Assembly: GCA_963785725.1 (NCBI GenBank)
Contig: CAWAWS010000038.1
Coordinates: forward strand, 19,397 to 83,396
Source of the DNA: an uncultured delta proteobacterium
GTDB taxonomy: Bacteria; Myxococcota_A; Polyangia; Palsa-1104
Length of the DNA: 64,000 bases
Direction of reading: 5' to 3'
The position numbers were made by a program, and so were the translations under genes. The notes beneath the pieces were generated by a model that was not told where the DNA came from, searched no databases, and saw only the letters and a program-made list of their open reading frames with translations. Within the stretch, counting starts at the first letter, position 1. Every line of letters begins with the position of its first letter. Below are positions 62,504 through 64,000 of this stretch, piece after piece.

Positions 62504-63922
62504 ATGCGCCTTTCGGTCTGGTTGGTTCCATTGTTGGCTGCCGGTGGAATCGGATGCTCCTCGGCGAGCACGTCCGGTTCTTCTGCGGGCGGCGGCGCGG
62601 TCGGTGACAACGGTAATGCGACCGTCGGCGGCGGCGGGGGTGGTGGCGCGGTCGCGAACGGTGCCGGCGGCAGCGGCAGCGGCGGCGGCAGCGGCACGAC
62701 CACCCCCGGCGATGGCGGTGTCGGCAACATCGGCGCCGGCCCGTGGCCGACCGACGACCTCACGATCTACGGCGCCGCCAACGGCCTGACCGAAGCGCTC
62801 GTCGACGCCAACCCCGACGAAGGCCAGAACATCTGGGCCGCGGCCAACGACACGCTCTACGTCATGGCGCCGGGCGCGACGACGTTCTCGCGCTTCACCG
62901 CCGCCGACGGCTTGCACATCGGGCCCTTCACCGATCCCTACGGAAACCCGGCGATGACGTACATCACCGCGCTCGCCGCCGGCAAACCGGGCCAGGTCTA
63001 CGTCGGTTATTACGGCTACGAGACGCTCGGCGATCCGTTCACCGATCCCGAGAACCTCAAGGAGCTCGGCAACGGCGACGACGTCAAATTGAACGGCAGC
63101 GCGCTCGCCATCACGCGCCTGCTCTTCCGCTGTGACGCCGAGCAGGCAGCGGGCTGCTGGGAGAATCGCTCGCCGCGCCGAATCATCTATCAGCACAACG
63201 GCGTCGCTGCCGGCCACTCGTTCTGGGGCTTCAACCACGGCGTCACGCACATTCTCGGCGACCAATTCGGCGACCACGTGCATCCCGAGGTCTGGTATCA
63301 GCCGTCATCGGGCACCGAAGGCGTCGAGAAGATCGGCGAGTTCTACGGCGTCGCCGTCGACGGCAGCGGCAACCTGTGGATGGCCGGTCGCTACGCCGTC
63401 GGCCTGCAGCCGTGGAACCCGATCCCGGGTCACGTGCTGACGATGGACGGCGAGAACGACTATTGGGTCTCGGGCTCGTTCATGTTCGCGTTCACGACCG
63501 ACACGCTCGATCACGGGCTCGGCTACCAAAATGGACCGACGTACGAGCCGGCCGGCTATCAGGAGAACAATCGCGGCGCCGCCGTCACGCCCGACGGCCG
63601 CTTGTGGCTGGCGCGCCTGAATCAGAGCGGCAGCTTGGGCGGCCTCGTCAGCTGGGATCCGAAGACGACCAACTACACGACCATCCAGTATTATCCGCAG
63701 GTGCCGGTCGATCTCATCGACGTGCAGGCCGATGTCGATGGCACCTTGTGGATCGTGCAGCAATCGGGCGGGACGCTCTTGCGCTTCGATCCGGCGACCG
63801 GCCTCGTCACGACGTTCGCAGGTGTCAGCGGCGTCACACGCATTTCCATCGACTCGACGGTGACGCCGCGCGCCATTTATGCGTCGATGGCGACTGGCCT
63901 CGCGGTAATTCGTGCTAAATAA
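62504..63922 (+). CDS. Beta-propeller-like lipoprotein with Gly-rich linker
   Basis: GIGC lipobox; repeated DxxGNLW/DGRLW/DGTLW blades; DHVH motif. Confidence 0.8.
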   Translation: MRLSVWLVPLLAAGGIGCSSASTSGSSAGGGAVGDNGNATVGGGGGGGAVANGAGGSGSGGGSGTTTPGDGGVGNIGAGPWPTDDLTIYGAANGLTEALVDANPDEGQNIWAAANDTLYVMAPGATTFSRFTAADGLHIGPFTDPYGNPAMTYITALAAGKPGQVYVGYYGYETLGDPFTDPENLKELGNGDDVKLNGSALAITRLLFRCDAEQAAGCWENRSPRRIIYQHNGVAAGHSFWGFNHGVTHILGDQFGDHVHPEVWYQPSSGTEGVEKIGEFYGVAVDGSGNLWMAGRYAVGLQPWNPIPGHVLTMDGENDYWVSGSFMFAFTTDTLDHGLGYQNGPTYEPAGYQENNRGAAVTPDGRLWLARLNQSGSLGGLVSWDPKTTNYTTIQYYPQVPVDLIDVQADVDGTLWIVQQSGGTLLRFDPATGLVTTFAGVSGVTRISIDSTVTPRAIYASMATGLAVIRAK

Positions 63923-64000
63923 CCAACCGATTGGCCGCTTCGAGCGTCCAATGATTAGGATTGTTTGGTGCGGCTTCCGGTTCCCGTCGTTCTCTTCCGC

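Overview
High-GC, gene-dense bacterial chromosome segment, most consistent with a Myxococcota (Polyangia-like) organism: it carries a CdnL close to the myxobacterial type, FHA/STAS signalling genes, sigma54 promoters and Gly/Asp-rich lipoproteins. I found no rRNA, tRNA or CRISPR array. The left end (1-4.1 kb) is accessory: a >770-aa lipoprotein missing from the ORF track and a decayed IS701-family element. Next is a compact six-gene operon (4146-9757): coiled-coil protein, PspA/IM30, membrane-anchored substrate-binding protein fused to an OmpA peptidoglycan-binding domain, NitT/TauT-type ABC permease and ATPase, and a TM plus coiled-coil protein. This is the best candidate for an undescribed envelope system. 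The rest is mostly housekeeping, metabolism and signalling. Other notable features: a TlyA-RlmL double rRNA-methyltransferase fusion; a shared operator (ACTGAC-N5-RGTC) linking a TetR gene, two acyl-CoA dehydrogenases and a radical activase/dehydratase operon; MIRU-like intergenic mini-ORF repeats; a REP-like palindrome pair flanking an SDR gene; two tandem histone-H1-like microproteins; and a sigma54-driven small protein-comEA operon. Several single-base frameshifts, dense at 41.3-43.9 kb, look like long-read consensus errors. All family assignments come from motif recognition by eye; no database search was run.
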